Below, in pieces: positions 23,286-34,052 of a DNA stretch of 64,000 nucleotides. This stretch comes from an uncultured delta proteobacterium. GTDB taxonomy: Bacteria > Desulfobacterota > Zymogenia > Zymogenales > Zymogenaceae. Where the stretch lies: positions 864,001 through 928,000 of the forward strand of contig CAVTLK010000005.1 in NCBI GenBank assembly GCA_963735595.1, written 5' to 3'. The notes beneath the pieces were generated by a model. It saw nothing but the letters and a program-made list of their open reading frames with translations, was not told the origin of the DNA and searched no databases. Within the stretch, counting starts at the first letter, position 1, and every line of letters begins with the position of its first letter. Made by a program: the position numbers and the translations under genes.

Positions 23286-23365
23286 GCCGGGGAGGTTCGG
23301 GTGTCGGAGGAAGGCGACGGGGTTTGCTATCAACAATGTATCAGCTTCGGCACGGAGGTGTTATC

Positions 23366-23698
23366 ATGAAAAAAAGAACAATGGCGGCGGTCTTCGTTCT
23401 CGTATGCGGGCTGCTGATTGGGCTTTGTCTTACGGCGGCCGCGCAGGAAGGGGTGGAAATACCCGGCACCTACAGCGGATATTTATTCTGTAAATTGGAC
23501 AATATCGGGACGAAGTCCGAGGGGCGGAGCTACTATCTCCAGCAGTGGGACGACAGCGAGGTTCATATCATTAAGGACGGAATTTTATGGCAGAGCGACC
23601 CTCAGCTGGACGAGCACCTGAACACAAAGGTGACGATAACCGGGACGATGGAAGGCGGGCAGCTGCGGTACACGAAGATCGAGCCTTTCAGGTATTGA
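23366..23698 (+). CDS. Small secreted protein
   Basis: GGAGG RBS, signal peptide MKKRTMAAVFVL...AAA, 110 aa. Confidence 0.7.
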   Translation: MKKRTMAAVFVLVCGLLIGLCLTAAAQEGVEIPGTYSGYLFCKLDNIGTKSEGRSYYLQQWDDSEVHIIKDGILWQSDPQLDEHLNTKVTITGTMEGGQLRYTKIEPFRY

Positions 23699-23870
23699 GA
23701 TGCGCTCAAAATGAAGTCCTCGCTCATGCTTCCCTTCAACCCCGGCGATCATTAAGCCGGGCGTAATTACGGCAGCTTTGACTGACACTTCGGCAGGGAT
23801 CGCGCCATCGCGTAAGTCCCTGTTCGCCCCCGCATAGTCGGGCAACAGGACGCGGGGCAGCCAATCATGC

Positions 23871-23957
23871 TCAGGCTACGGTCACGTACAGCAGGATCCC
23901 CGTCACCACGAGCATAGCGACGATCGTGATCCAGTCGTTGAATTCGCTTTCTTTCAT
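23871..23957 (-). CDS. 28-aa hydrophobic peptide MKESEFNDWITIVAMLVVTGILLYVTVA
   Basis: AAGGAG RBS; upstream sigma-54 promoter; paralog at 24696-24782. Confidence 0.75.
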   Translation of the reverse strand: MKESEFNDWITIVAMLVVTGILLYVTVA

Positions 23958-24027
23958 TGTTCTGCTCCTTGCCCTTACGGTTTAGACAGTACTGATACTT
24001 CACGTGTTCCCTTGATACCTAATATAT

Positions 24028-24043
24028 AGCAATCTCCGTGCCA
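24028..24043 (-). promoter_or_regulatory. Sigma-54 (-24/-12) promoter
   Basis: TGGCACGGAGATTGCT matches TGGCAC-N5-TTGCW exactly, ~70 bp upstream of the peptide ATG. Confidence 0.85.
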
Positions 24044-24475
24044 TTATTAGGAAGTTCTTACTTTTTAATAGTGCCGGCCGGCCGTACAAATCTCCCACAT
24101 TCTGCGACCTCCTTAGCATTCTGATAAGATAATCGCACGCAAAACCGCGCCGCAGCCGCATGAATCCAGGATACGTTGCACATGCGAACGGATTGATAGG
24201 GCGAAAAGGAACAGCATTACCGTTTGTTACAATTAGCAGACTATGGTTAATATATCAGTAATATCGTATATATGACAATGGACGAGATATGCATTAGTGT
24301 ATGCTGGATTCCTCATGTTTCATTGTTGTTGCACGCGAGAGACAGATGCAACGGCATCATCAGAGGTGGTCTTATCCCCCGGGCAGGAAAAAGAACTGCC
24401 GCGGCAAAGCATTGCCTCGAAAGGGACCTCAAATAGAGGCGGTGTTTGGTAGGTTGGATGAGTCTTACGCCGGTA

Positions 24476-24526
24476 TGGAAGAAGGCGGGCAACTGCGGTA
24501 TACGAAGATCGAGCCGTTCAGGTTTG
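24476..24526 (+). repeat. Duplicate of the 3' end of the 23366-23698 gene
   Basis: gaaggcgggcaactgcggtatacgaagatcgagccgttcagg versus gaaggcgggcagctgcggtacacgaagatcgagcctttcagg at 23651. Confidence 0.85.
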
Positions 24527-24695
24527 AAACCGCCGGCCAGATAAATTTTAGGCCAACGTGGGGTCGGGACCCTATCGAACTTTCAAACGGGGTCGTGCGC
24601 ACCGGCCACTGTTGCCGAACAGGGATTCACGCGGGCGCGTGAATCCCTGTTTTCATTCAACAAATCGGCGGGCCGCCGGGGCGGCCGATCATTTC

Positions 24696-24782
24696 TTAAA
24701 TTACAGTCACGTAGAGCAAGATACCCGTCACCATGAGCATGGAGGCGAGCATGACCCAGTCGGTGAATTCTCCTTCTTTCAT
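24696..24782 (-). CDS. 28-aa hydrophobic peptide MKEGEFTDWVMLASMLMVTGILLYVTVI
   Basis: AAAGGAGG RBS; 19 of 28 residues identical to the 23871-23957 peptide, with synonymous changes. Confidence 0.75.
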   Translation of the reverse strand: MKEGEFTDWVMLASMLMVTGILLYVTVI

Positions 24783-25108
24783 TTCCATCCTCCTTTCTGC
24801 TACCGTATAGACAACGCCCGAGCCGTGTGTGTTCCGCAATTTTTTGCCGGACGGTAGACGTTTTGTAAATTAAGTGATCCTAATATTTAGATGCAAGCAT
24901 ACCGCACAAGGCTCTAATTATTTGTGACGTTCTTCACAATGTTATTAGTTTTCATAAGAAAAGGGAGGCGAGTTTTGGGTCCGAACCGACGCGGACGAGG
25001 GGACTGCGGAAGAGACGGCGTTAGGCCGGTGGGACCGCCGCCTGGCTTGCCGCGGCGGCGGCCGCAATTCGAATCCGGTCCTGACTGCTGTTTACCGGGG
25101 GCCTATCG

Positions 25109-26365
25109 TTACCGATCGCCCAGCTCTTTCCCGATCCATCCGATGATTTCATCGATATGCGCCAGGATAAACGTGGGCTTGTGGCGGCCGCCGGGAATGA
25201 TGTTATTCCCGGGAAAGACCGCGGCACCGTGAGCAGTGAGCCGCGGGGCTATGACCGGGACATGGCCGTCGAGGTTAAAATCGTCTTCCGACCCAACGAT
25301 GAGGTAGTAGCGCTGGCCGGAGAGGTCCATGTCCCCGCCGTCAAGCAATTCCACCGGGTTGACCGCCGAGAGCCGCTCCCAAACCGGCCGATCTTCGGAC
25401 CATACGGGGCCGGGGGTCTTATCGCTGTCAAAGACGGGATAGTAGAGCCAGTATTCCGTTACGCCGAGGAAACCCCTGCCGGCCGCGGCGTTGACGATGC
25501 GCCGGGGGTTGTCGACGTCTATCAGCGCGTAGCCCGCGGGGTCAAAATCGGCGAGCTTATCGCCCCCTATCCCGTAGCGCAGGTCGGCGGCGGGGTAGAT
25601 GGGGACCAGGACGTGAGAAAACGACGGGTGGGTCACCCCGTAGTAGAGGACCCCGTATCCGCCCATGGACGCGCCCATGAGGACGACCCCATCCGGGTCG
25701 GTGCGCACGTTGAACGACGAGGCGATAAACGGGACGATCTCCCCAAAGAAGTGATCCTCGAACCTCCCGAGGTTGCTGTTGATGTAAAAGTTCCCGGAGC
25801 GGTCGTCAAACCAGGTGGCCGGGTCGTCGGTCCCGCTACCCGAAACGGAAAAATCGGGCATTACCACGACGACGGGTTCGATCGTGCCCGCCGCTATCGC
25901 GGCCTCCAGGGGGGCGATGACCTCATGTGCCCACGTCTGCGGCCGGCTGGCGTAGCCGTGCAGGGCCCAGATGACCGGGTAGGCGGCGTCCCTCTTGTCG
26001 TATCCGTCGTATCCGGGGGGGAGCCACACCAGGAGTGTGCGATCTTCTTTCAGGATATCGCTGTGAAAGGGGGCCTCGTATTTCACGGAGGAGCCGTCGG
26101 GCCGGGCGGGGTCGTCGCCCACGAAGGCGACCAGTGTTCCCGCCCCCGTATAGACGGGCCTGGTCGATTCCCAGGGGCTGCCCATGTTGATGACCGAAAG
26201 GGGCAGCGGCAGCGGGCCCGCCTTCCACGCGTAGATGCTACACGCGGCCACAGCGGCGGCACAGATGACCGCCATGGTGAGAACGCCCCTCATCAGGCAG
26301 GACGTACAGGAATGCTTGCGGGTCTTTTTGACGGCTTTGGGCTGTTTACGCGTTCTTTTGGCCAT
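25109..26365 (-). CDS. Membrane-anchored alpha/beta hydrolase (putative esterase)
   Basis: VWLPPGYD, YPVIWALHG, GASMGGYG, C-terminal GGRH. Confidence 0.85.
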   Translation of the reverse strand: MAKRTRKQPKAVKKTRKHSCTSCLMRGVLTMAVICAAAVAACSIYAWKAGPLPLPLSVINMGSPWESTRPVYTGAGTLVAFVGDDPARPDGSSVKYEAPFHSDILKEDRTLLVWLPPGYDGYDKRDAAYPVIWALHGYASRPQTWAHEVIAPLEAAIAAGTIEPVVVVMPDFSVSGSGTDDPATWFDDRSGNFYINSNLGRFEDHFFGEIVPFIASSFNVRTDPDGVVLMGASMGGYGVLYYGVTHPSFSHVLVPIYPAADLRYGIGGDKLADFDPAGYALIDVDNPRRIVNAAAGRGFLGVTEYWLYYPVFDSDKTPGPVWSEDRPVWERLSAVNPVELLDGGDMDLSGQRYYLIVGSEDDFNLDGHVPVIAPRLTAHGAAVFPGNNIIPGGRHKPTFILAHIDEIIGWIGKELGDR

Positions 26366-26419
26366 GACGTGCTCCTTTACTCCGGGGTCTTGAGGCTTGC
26401 ATGCGCCCCTGCACCCGAC

Positions 26420-26898
26420 CTATACTCGATATTTCTTTCCCGTCATCTCCTCGATTTCAATTCTCACCACGGCGGTGATATTCACGATCTTCTCGTTCAA
26501 TGTAAACGAGGAGGGGTCCATGTTCGGCGCAACGCCCGCCATGAGGACCAGCAGTCCCTCACGCTTCTCGTCGGCGTCGGTGAGCAGCACCGCCCTGCCG
26601 CGTCCGATCACCGAGCGGTAGGCCACTCCCACTCGCAGGCATCCGCGGGATTAGCCGGGGCAACGACGGCCACGTCGGTCTCGGCTTCGAACGATACGGC
26701 CGGGTCCTTCTCGATCAGCTCCATCTTCTTTCCCTCGTACGAGCAGTGGAAGTAGATCGCGCCGTCCTTGTATCCGAAGTTGACCGGGACGATATAGGGC
26801 GGGGCTCCCGCTCGTTGATCCCCAGGCGGAGTTTTCGCTGTTTTCAGTACCGTTTCCAGCTCGTGCCTGTCGGTGATCTCGCGCTCTTTCTTTCTCAT
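26420..26898 (-). CDS. Pyridoxamine 5'-phosphate oxidase-like flavin-binding protein (NimA-like), indels
   Basis: MRKKEREI, PYIVPVNFGY..IYFHC..EGKK, YRSVIGRG, IEEMTGK. Confidence 0.85.
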
Positions 26899-27020
26899 GT
26901 CTCTGGTGTATCCTTACGGGGAAACCCGTGTCTCATACGGCTGCCTGTATTCTTACCGCCGCATGGTGAAATACGCTTCTCTGCCTCCCAGCGTCGTCTT
27001 CAGGACATCGGGCCCGAGCG

Positions 27021-28351
27021 TTACGTCTCCCGCGACGCCGTAGTGAACCGGGACGTATGCTTTCGTGCAGTCGGGGCACGGGACGGGCGGGCCGATCTCG
27101 AAGGACGGGTACTCGGGATGAAAACGCGTTGAGCTCGAGAACCGAGCCGCCGGTGAACGAAAAAGGGCTGCCTTCTGTTTCCGGCAGGGGCAGGTACGTG
27201 GATCATCGTCCCCGTGCCGCCGACAAGGGCCGTGTTAAACGGGCCGGTACGACGGAAGCGGGGTAGAAGCGCGATCAGATCGCCGGCCGGGGTGATCGGC
27301 CTCCACGTACTTGTCGTTCAGGATCTACCGGTCTTTGATCGTGCGGCCGGAAGACGAGGATGGTCGAAATGCCCCGGTGCGCCGTTCGCCTGGTACGCAT
27401 CGAGCTCGGAGATACAGGATGATCACGGTTGGTCTCGTGTCACGACGTCGGTGGAAAACGACGTCAGGATCGAGTCGGCAAGCCCCGGCGCGACGGATCG
27501 GAAAGCGGGAAGTCGGACCGGTCGACGACGCCAGTCGGGGAAGACCGAGAACAGGGTCAGCGTCGTGATCGTCGAAGACGGCCAGGGAGAGTCGGTCGGG
27601 CCGCCGCCGACCGTACGGCGAGCTTCACGGGGCGTTGCCACGATGCGGCGTCCCACAAGAAGATCGACGGGGGCGTCTCCGATATCGTCCGCCGTGGGCG
27701 TGCCGTCGATCGGGTGTCGAGATACCTGACCTCGCAGGCGGCAAGTATCGACCCCTGCATCGACCCCGAAGAGGATGAAGGCCCCGTCATCGGCAGAGGA
27801 ATATCTTCTGAGACCGTGGGCGTTCACGCTCGTCGGGAAACGAGAAGAAGGTGACGTCTTGAACGAAGTCGAAAAGGGCCTGAAAGGGCGTCCATCGGAC
27901 AGTTCGGCGAATTCGTCTGGCCCGATCGAAAGGCGAAGAGACGACGGGGGGATCGTCGATGACGCGGACGGCGATTTGCGTATTTCCGTAGAGGGTGGTC
28001 GAGCCCCACCGTATGGTCACCGGGCGACGCCGAAATACGGAATACATGGTGGTTACCGCCGTCGGAGCGGGCATACGGGACGCCGTCCAGGGAAAGCTCC
28101 ACGAGACATGGGTCCATGCCAACGCGGGACACCCGGGTGCCGAGGAAGAGCAATGTATTGGTCTCGATCCCGAATGACCATTTCGCGGCGACCGCCAGTA
28201 CCGAGAATTCCGTCGGTACGACGGCGTCCGGCGCGGGATAAAGGATTTCGAGGTACGAGCCGGGGAGGATCGGCTGGATGCAGCCGACGGCGACAAGAAT
28301 GATGAGGAAGCAGATGATGGCGATGAGGCCGATGAGGACTACTTTTTTCAT
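27021..28351 (-). CDS. Probable lipoprotein with repeated Ig-like domains, many indels
   Basis: MKKVV...VAVGC lipobox; EILYPAPDAVV; beta-rich repeats across frames; 3' end approximate. Confidence 0.55.
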
Positions 28352-28470
28352 AGTGTCATCCCTTATAAGTGATTTCGCCGAATCATACCCCATCGAAAAC
28401 AAAAAACAAATAGAAAAGGAGGGATTACCGGCGGAATAAAGGTATTGGTGAACGGCAGGTAATACGCATT

Positions 28471-28501
28471 AAAAAGGGGGAGCCGAAAGGCTCCCCCTTT
28501 T
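28471..28501. terminator. Intrinsic terminator
   Basis: AAAAAGGGGGAGCC GAAA GGCTCCCCCTTTT downstream of the acyl-CoA dehydrogenase. Confidence 0.88.
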
Positions 28502-28521
28502 GCATCAGAACATGAGCGCTC

Positions 28522-30367
28522 TTAGAACGCGAAACTCTGGTCGGCTATCTCGAGGTAGGCGTCTTCCTCGGATTTGAGCTGCGCGACCTTGCCCTTGGTG
28601 CGGGGCAGGATGTTTCCGATGTAGAACTTGGCGGCGTTGACCTTGCCGGCGTAAAACGCCGTCTCGACGCTGTCGTCCACCTTCTTGGCCAGTTCGTCGC
28701 CCTTGAGCCCGCCGAGCTTCGGGTAGGCGATGTTCATCTGCCACAGGAGCTGCCAGCCTATGACGAGGTCGCCCATCAGCTCCATGAGCGGGACGGCGTT
28801 GCCGAAGATGACGCCCATCTTGCCCTTGCCCAGGAGGCCCTGCTGGAAGGCAACGGCGTCTTCCATGCCGGCCATTGCTTCCTTGACCGCCGCGGCATAG
28901 GGTTTGAGGTCGGCGATCTTGTCGGCGGCGTCCGTTACCTTCTTGACCTCTTCCTTGAAGAAGGCGAAGTTGACCAGCCCGTTGAGGAGCATCTTGCGGA
29001 AGGTGAAGTCCATGGCCTGGATGCCGTTGGTGCCCTCATAGAGGGACGCAATCTTGCAGTCGCGAGCGTACTGCTCCACGGGGTAGTCCCGCGTGAAGCC
29101 GTAGCCGCCGTAGACCTGGATCGCCTGGCCGGTGATGTCCCAGACCATGTCGGTCTCGTAGCCCTTGCAGATGGGGATGAGCAGGTCCAGGAGCCCCTGC
29201 CAGCGGTCCTTCTCCGCGCCCTCGGTGGTCTCGACGTTATCGATGCAGTATCCCATGTAATACTGGAGGCCGCGCATCCCCTCGACGTAAGCCTTCATGC
29301 GGGTGAGCATGCGGCGCACGTCCGGGTGCTGGATGATCGGAACGCCCTGTGCTGTCCTTCTCCTGCATCTTGGTGTAATGGACGCCCTGGACGCGCTCCT
29401 TGGCGTATTTGACGGCGTGCAGGTAGGCCGCCGAGCTCGTGGACAGGCCCTGGAGGCCGACGAACATGCGCTCCTCGTTCATCATCATGAACATGATCTT
29501 CATGCCCTTCATCCGGTCGCCGAGCATCCAGCCCACGCATTTGCCGTTGTCGCCGAAAACCAGCGAGGTGGTCGGGGAGCCGTGGATGCCCATCTTCTCC
29601 TCGATGCCGGCGCAGTAGAGGTCGTTGGGCGCTCCGGGCGTCCCGTCGGCCTTGGGGAGGAATTTGGGGACGATGAAGATCGAGATGCCCTTGGTTCCCG
29701 GCGGGTCGCCTTCGATGCGGGCCAGCACCATGTGGATGATGTTCTCGGAAAGGTCATGCTCGCCGGAGGTGATAAAGGTCTTGTTGCCGACAATGGAGTA
29801 TGTCCCGTCGGGGTTCGGGGTGGCCTTGGTCTTGAGCGCCCCCACCTCAGAGCCGGCGCCCGGCTCCGTGAGGCACATGGTGCCCAGCCACTGTCCCTCG
29901 TACATCTTGTAGAGATAGGTATTTTTCTGCTCCTCGGTCCCGAAGACCTCGATCATCCGGGCCGACCCGTGGGAAAGCCCCGGGAAAGCCACGAAGGCGA
30001 AGTTTGAGCCGACGAAGATCTCCATACACGACATATAGAGGGAATAAGGCAGGCCCTGTCCGCCGACTTCGGGATTTTCGGCCATGGCGATCCATCCGCC
30101 CGCCTTGTACGCCTCCAGTGCCTTCTTGAAGCTCGGCGGGGTCGTGACGCTCTTGGTCTTGGGGTCGTAGACGGCGCCGATCTTATCGCTCTCGACATAG
30201 GTGGGCTCGATATAGTTGACGGCCATCTTCTCGGCCTCGTCCAGCACCATCTCGAAGACGTCTTTGCTGTGGTCGGCGTACCTTGGCCGCTCGCAGAGCT
30301 TATCGATGCCCAGCTGCTCGTAGAGGACGAATCGGGCGTCCCGCATATCCATGATAAGGTTGCTCAT
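28522..30367 (-). CDS. Long-type acyl-CoA dehydrogenase (indel near 29345)
   Basis: GTMCLTEPGAGS, KTFITSGEHD, EEKMGIHGSPT, QVYGGYGF, LYEGTNGIQA. Confidence 0.93.
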
Positions 30368-30811
30368 CTCTCATCACTCCTAAAAATAGATAGTATTGGC
30401 TTAAAGGATTTCCCGGTACGCGCCGCGTTCGTGCCGACGGCGGCTTACCGGGAACGATCACCACCACGGAGGGAAGGGCGCCGCAGGGCTGTCGGCCGTG
30501 CCCGATCCATGAATGAATGGTCATTCACCTCCCCACGGGTTTTTCTATCACTTGAGAGGCGATATGTCAAGAAAATTGTTTTTTTCACCCGTTACGGCCG
30601 CACCGGATCGGGTGCGGGGGAAAGGAACCGCCGGTGCGCGACATCACGGGAAAGAAGTGATGGGACGGTCGTGACCGTTATTATTCAGTGGAAATCATGC
30701 CGGTGATTCTGATACAATTCCTTTCGATAGCATTAATTCCGGCACCGGCATCAAGCCCAGGGGGTGCCCGTCGCACACATGCGGCAGCGCCGGGCCATCG
30801 AGGTATCCGTC

Positions 30812-31399
30812 ATGTTTGCCGATTTTCCATTCTGGGAATACGTCGGTATTCCCCTGCTTATCTGTCTTGCGCGAATCTGCGATGTGACCCTTGGGACGAT
30901 ACGCATCATGTACGTCGCCCGGGGAATCAAGGTGCTGTCGGCGGTTCTCGGTTTCTTTGAGGTTCTGATCTGGCTGTTTGCCATCGGGCAGATCATCAGC
31001 AACCTGACGAACGTGGTGAACTACTTCGCCTATGCCCTGGGGTACGCGCTCGGCAACTATATTGGAATTACCATCGAGGAACGGCTTTCGGTGGGGGTGC
31101 TGTTGCTTCGGATTATCACGAAGCAAAAAGCTGATAAGCTCATGGATGCGCTGAAAGCCGCCGGCTTCGGAATCACGACGATATCAGGCAAGGGGATCTA
31201 TGGTCCGGTAAAGGTCATCTTTACGGTCATAAACCGCAAAGACCTCGACGGCGTCGTCGACGTCATTAAGGAGCATAATCCCCAGGCGGTTTATTCCGTT
31301 CAAGACGTAAGGTCGGTAAACACGGAGCCGTTCCCCCGCCCGAACGGCGACGAGAGGACCATGCGCCGCCTCATCTCCGGCTTGATGCAGCGCAAGTGA
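30812..31399 (+). CDS. DUF2179/DUF5698 (UPF0316) membrane protein
   Basis: ARICDVTLGTIR, GFFEVLIW, YALGYALGNYIG. Confidence 0.85.
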   Translation: MFADFPFWEYVGIPLLICLARICDVTLGTIRIMYVARGIKVLSAVLGFFEVLIWLFAIGQIISNLTNVVNYFAYALGYALGNYIGITIEERLSVGVLLLRIITKQKADKLMDALKAAGFGITTISGKGIYGPVKVIFTVINRKDLDGVVDVIKEHNPQAVYSVQDVRSVNTEPFPRPNGDERTMRRLISGLMQRK

Positions 31400-31445
31400 T
31401 CGGGCCGCCCAGACGGGCCCGGCCGGGAAGAAAGGGCAAAAAGCC

Positions 31446-32126
31446 ATGGAAGAAATTATGAAAAAGACCGTCCGGCTCCTTATCGAGACCGGCGCCCTCC
31501 GTTTTGGGGACTTCGTCCTCAAGAGCGGCAGGAAGTCACCCTATTTCGTTAATATTGGGGATATTGCCGACGGGTATTCCGTCGCTGCGCTCGGCACTAT
31601 CCTTGCCGGAAAGATCGTGGACGACATCGGGTCCGATACCTTTGATGTCATCTTCGGCCCGGCCTATAAGGGGATCGTGCTGGCGTCGGTGACTGCTGCC
31701 TGTCTCTCGACCGAACACGGAATATCCAAAGGATTCTGTTTCGACCGCAAGGAGGCCAAGGGGCACGGCGAGGGAGGCAGCTTTGTCGGGTGCGACCTGA
31801 CGGGCGAAACGAAGCGGCTCTTGATCATCGACGACGTGATTACCGACGGAAAGACGAAGATCGAGACGATACAGAAGATAACCTCCGAGACCAGGGCCGC
31901 CGTCACGGGAATACTCTCGGTGGTGGACCGGATGGAAACCGACGGCGCGGGCCGTCTCTTTTCAACCGTGATCGCCGAAACGACCGGCGTACCGGTACGG
32001 TCCGTGGTCAACCTATCGGATATCGTCCGGTACATCCGCGAGGAGGGCGCCGCGTCGCTCGGGGTGCCGGAGACGGCCTTCGAGGATCTGGCCGGCCTCG
32101 TCGCGCGACTGGAAGCGTCGGAATGA
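31446..32126 (+). CDS. pyrE: Orotate phosphoribosyltransferase
   Basis: FGDFVLKSGRKSPYF, FGPAYKGI, DRKEAKGHGEGG, IIDDVIT. Confidence 0.93.
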   Translation: MEEIMKKTVRLLIETGALRFGDFVLKSGRKSPYFVNIGDIADGYSVAALGTILAGKIVDDIGSDTFDVIFGPAYKGIVLASVTAACLSTEHGISKGFCFDRKEAKGHGEGGSFVGCDLTGETKRLLIIDDVITDGKTKIETIQKITSETRAAVTGILSVVDRMETDGAGRLFSTVIAETTGVPVRSVVNLSDIVRYIREEGAASLGVPETAFEDLAGLVARLEASE

Positions 32127-32172
32127 TCTCAGGGCCTGGCGGCATGTCGCGGCCGCCCACCGCCCCGACGGC

Positions 32173-32544
32173 CTATTCAATAGTAATCTTCGAAGATCGG
32201 ATCCTTATAAGCTGCTGGGAATAGGATTCCGAAAAGATACAGCGGGTAATCGCCACGGCCATGCAGGTATCGGCCACAACGGCCACGCCTTCGCCGACAA
32301 ACATCGAATCGACCACGTCGATGTTCCAGCAGCGAACAAGCACGAGGTTCTTGACGGTGCAGTTGGCCAGATCGACGTTGAAGCAGTTGACCAGGGTCAG
32401 GGTATCGTAGGTCACCCCGGTTATGGTGAGGTTGATCTTTCCCGATAGCGTGGTATTCGTCAACCCGGGACTCTGCGCCCAGCAGAAGACCGGGAACAAT
32501 CCGAGTAGGACGATGAGACCGAGGATACTCAGGGCTTTTTTCAC
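32173..32544 (-). CDS. Small secreted protein, possible short beta-helix
   Basis: GTG start with GGAGG RBS, signal peptide, periodic L.L.NC.N..L.NC repeats. Confidence 0.6.
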   Translation of the reverse strand: MKKALSILGLIVLLGLFPVFCWAQSPGLTNTTLSGKINLTITGVTYDTLTLVNCFNVDLANCTVKNLVLVRCWNIDVVDSMFVGEGVAVVADTCMAVAITRCIFSESYSQQLIRIRSSKITIE

Positions 32545-32620
32545 CGATTTTCCTCCCTCTATGAAGCAACAGGCGAGCACGACGCAACTGCGGTGACGCC
32601 GGAAGCGGGTCCCTGCGTGG

Positions 32621-33184
32621 CTACTCCGCGGGTCTTTTTCGCCCCCGCTGTATGAACCGGGCCGGCACGGCGATAATCCAAACGACAACCACGAGGGCAA
32701 GGAGCCCGAACTTGACGGTCGCGCACCAGGCGGCGACCTCCGGGTAGAGGTCGGGTATATCGTGGGGAGACTTGAGGATTAAGAGGAGAAAGGCGTTCTC
32801 CACGACGTCGGCCAGTCCCGAAACGAAGGGTAGAAATGCCGTACGCCTGACCCAGAGCGACGGGGCACCGCCCAGTAAAAGAGAAATGAGCATGGTGACG
32901 GAGAAGAAGAGAAACGCGTATGCCGGGATGAAGACGAAATCCACCCTGATGCTGTTGCGGGCCAGGATCGACAGCTCAGGACCCCAGCCGTCGATCATTT
33001 TCTGCGCATTTTCGGCGCTTCGGGCCAGCTCAAAGGCGACGATGCCGTTGTTGGGTGGATTTTCCGTCAGACGGGCATCGATATTACGCATTGTAACCCA
33101 GGGGATGACGGCAACGGCGATAGAAAGCAGCAGAATGGCCAGGAGTGTCTTTGACGTCAGGTGCGGCTGTTCGGTTTGCATCAC
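32621..33184 (-). CDS. Conserved four-TM membrane protein
   Basis: IVAFELA, DFVFIPAY, ADVVEN, KF motifs. Confidence 0.7.
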   Translation of the reverse strand: MMQTEQPHLTSKTLLAILLLSIAVAVIPWVTMRNIDARLTENPPNNGIVAFELARSAENAQKMIDGWGPELSILARNSIRVDFVFIPAYAFLFFSVTMLISLLLGGAPSLWVRRTAFLPFVSGLADVVENAFLLLILKSPHDIPDLYPEVAAWCATVKFGLLALVVVVWIIAVPARFIQRGRKRPAE

Positions 33185-33579
33185 GCTTCCTACGTAATTG
33201 GTGTGTTATTGAAAACCGTCATACAAAAAAGGGCGGGTCTTTTCCCCTTACCGTTGTTATACCTAAAATCTGTCTAAAAATCAATACCTTTTCACCCTCC
33301 GGGACGCCAAAAAAAGGCGGGCCCGGTTGGTTGATGCGTCCGAAGGCCTCGGTAGGGCTGCGGCAGGATCGTCGGAGCGTTGCATGTTGTCAAGGACATA
33401 GTCGAAATAAGGACATTGGCGAAATGGAGCGCGACAGGGAGCCCTATCCCAACTGCCGCATGGAGCGCTAAATCTGCCCTGCCCGGCCGGTCCCTCCCGT
33501 CTATGGGTCATGATTTATTTTGACGCCGCCCTAAAATGTGGTATGATACGCTCACGTATAATTATGGATGGAGTTATGC

Positions 33580-34011
33580 ATGGGGCGCGTTATTGGGTTG
33601 GCGTTATCTCTCGTGTTGGGGATTTCCGTTTTGGCCGCAGCAACCGAAATCGAGCTGCAAGGACCGCTGTTTGTCCCGACGGCCTATGTATACGAAAACG
33701 GTAAGATACTGGACAAGAACCACGTCCTGTTGGGACGGATCGATAATGACGGCATCGTGTACGACGTGGGCAACCGCCATCTGGGCTTCATTGAGAAAGA
33801 CCTGACCGTTATGGATACCCATTATAAAACGCTGGTAACCGTAAACGCGGACGGAGTAATGACCAACGCCGAAGGCGTTGTTGTCGGCTCTTTTACGGAG
33901 ACCAAGCTCGCGGATGCCGCGGGGCGGCCGCTGCTGCGCTACCTGGTGCCGGGCGATAAGCGGGCGATACTCGGGTATTTCTTCTTCTTTTCCCCGGGAT
34001 TCGGCAATTGA
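33580..34011 (+). CDS. Secreted protein with short beta-hairpin repeats (beta-flower-like)
   Basis: Signal peptide; G.I.D....LG.I..DG repeats. Confidence 0.6.
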   Translation: MGRVIGLALSLVLGISVLAAATEIELQGPLFVPTAYVYENGKILDKNHVLLGRIDNDGIVYDVGNRHLGFIEKDLTVMDTHYKTLVTVNADGVMTNAEGVVVGSFTETKLADAAGRPLLRYLVPGDKRAILGYFFFFSPGFGN

Positions 34012-34052
34012 CGCGGTATCCCCTTTTACTCAAAAATGGTGAGGTGTAACAC

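Noticed and set aside
25157..26755. Long plus-strand ORF of 532 aa (also 18105-19478, 57129-58091, 3142-4095)
   Set aside because: Antisense shadows of real genes in GC-rich DNA, with no recognisable motifs.
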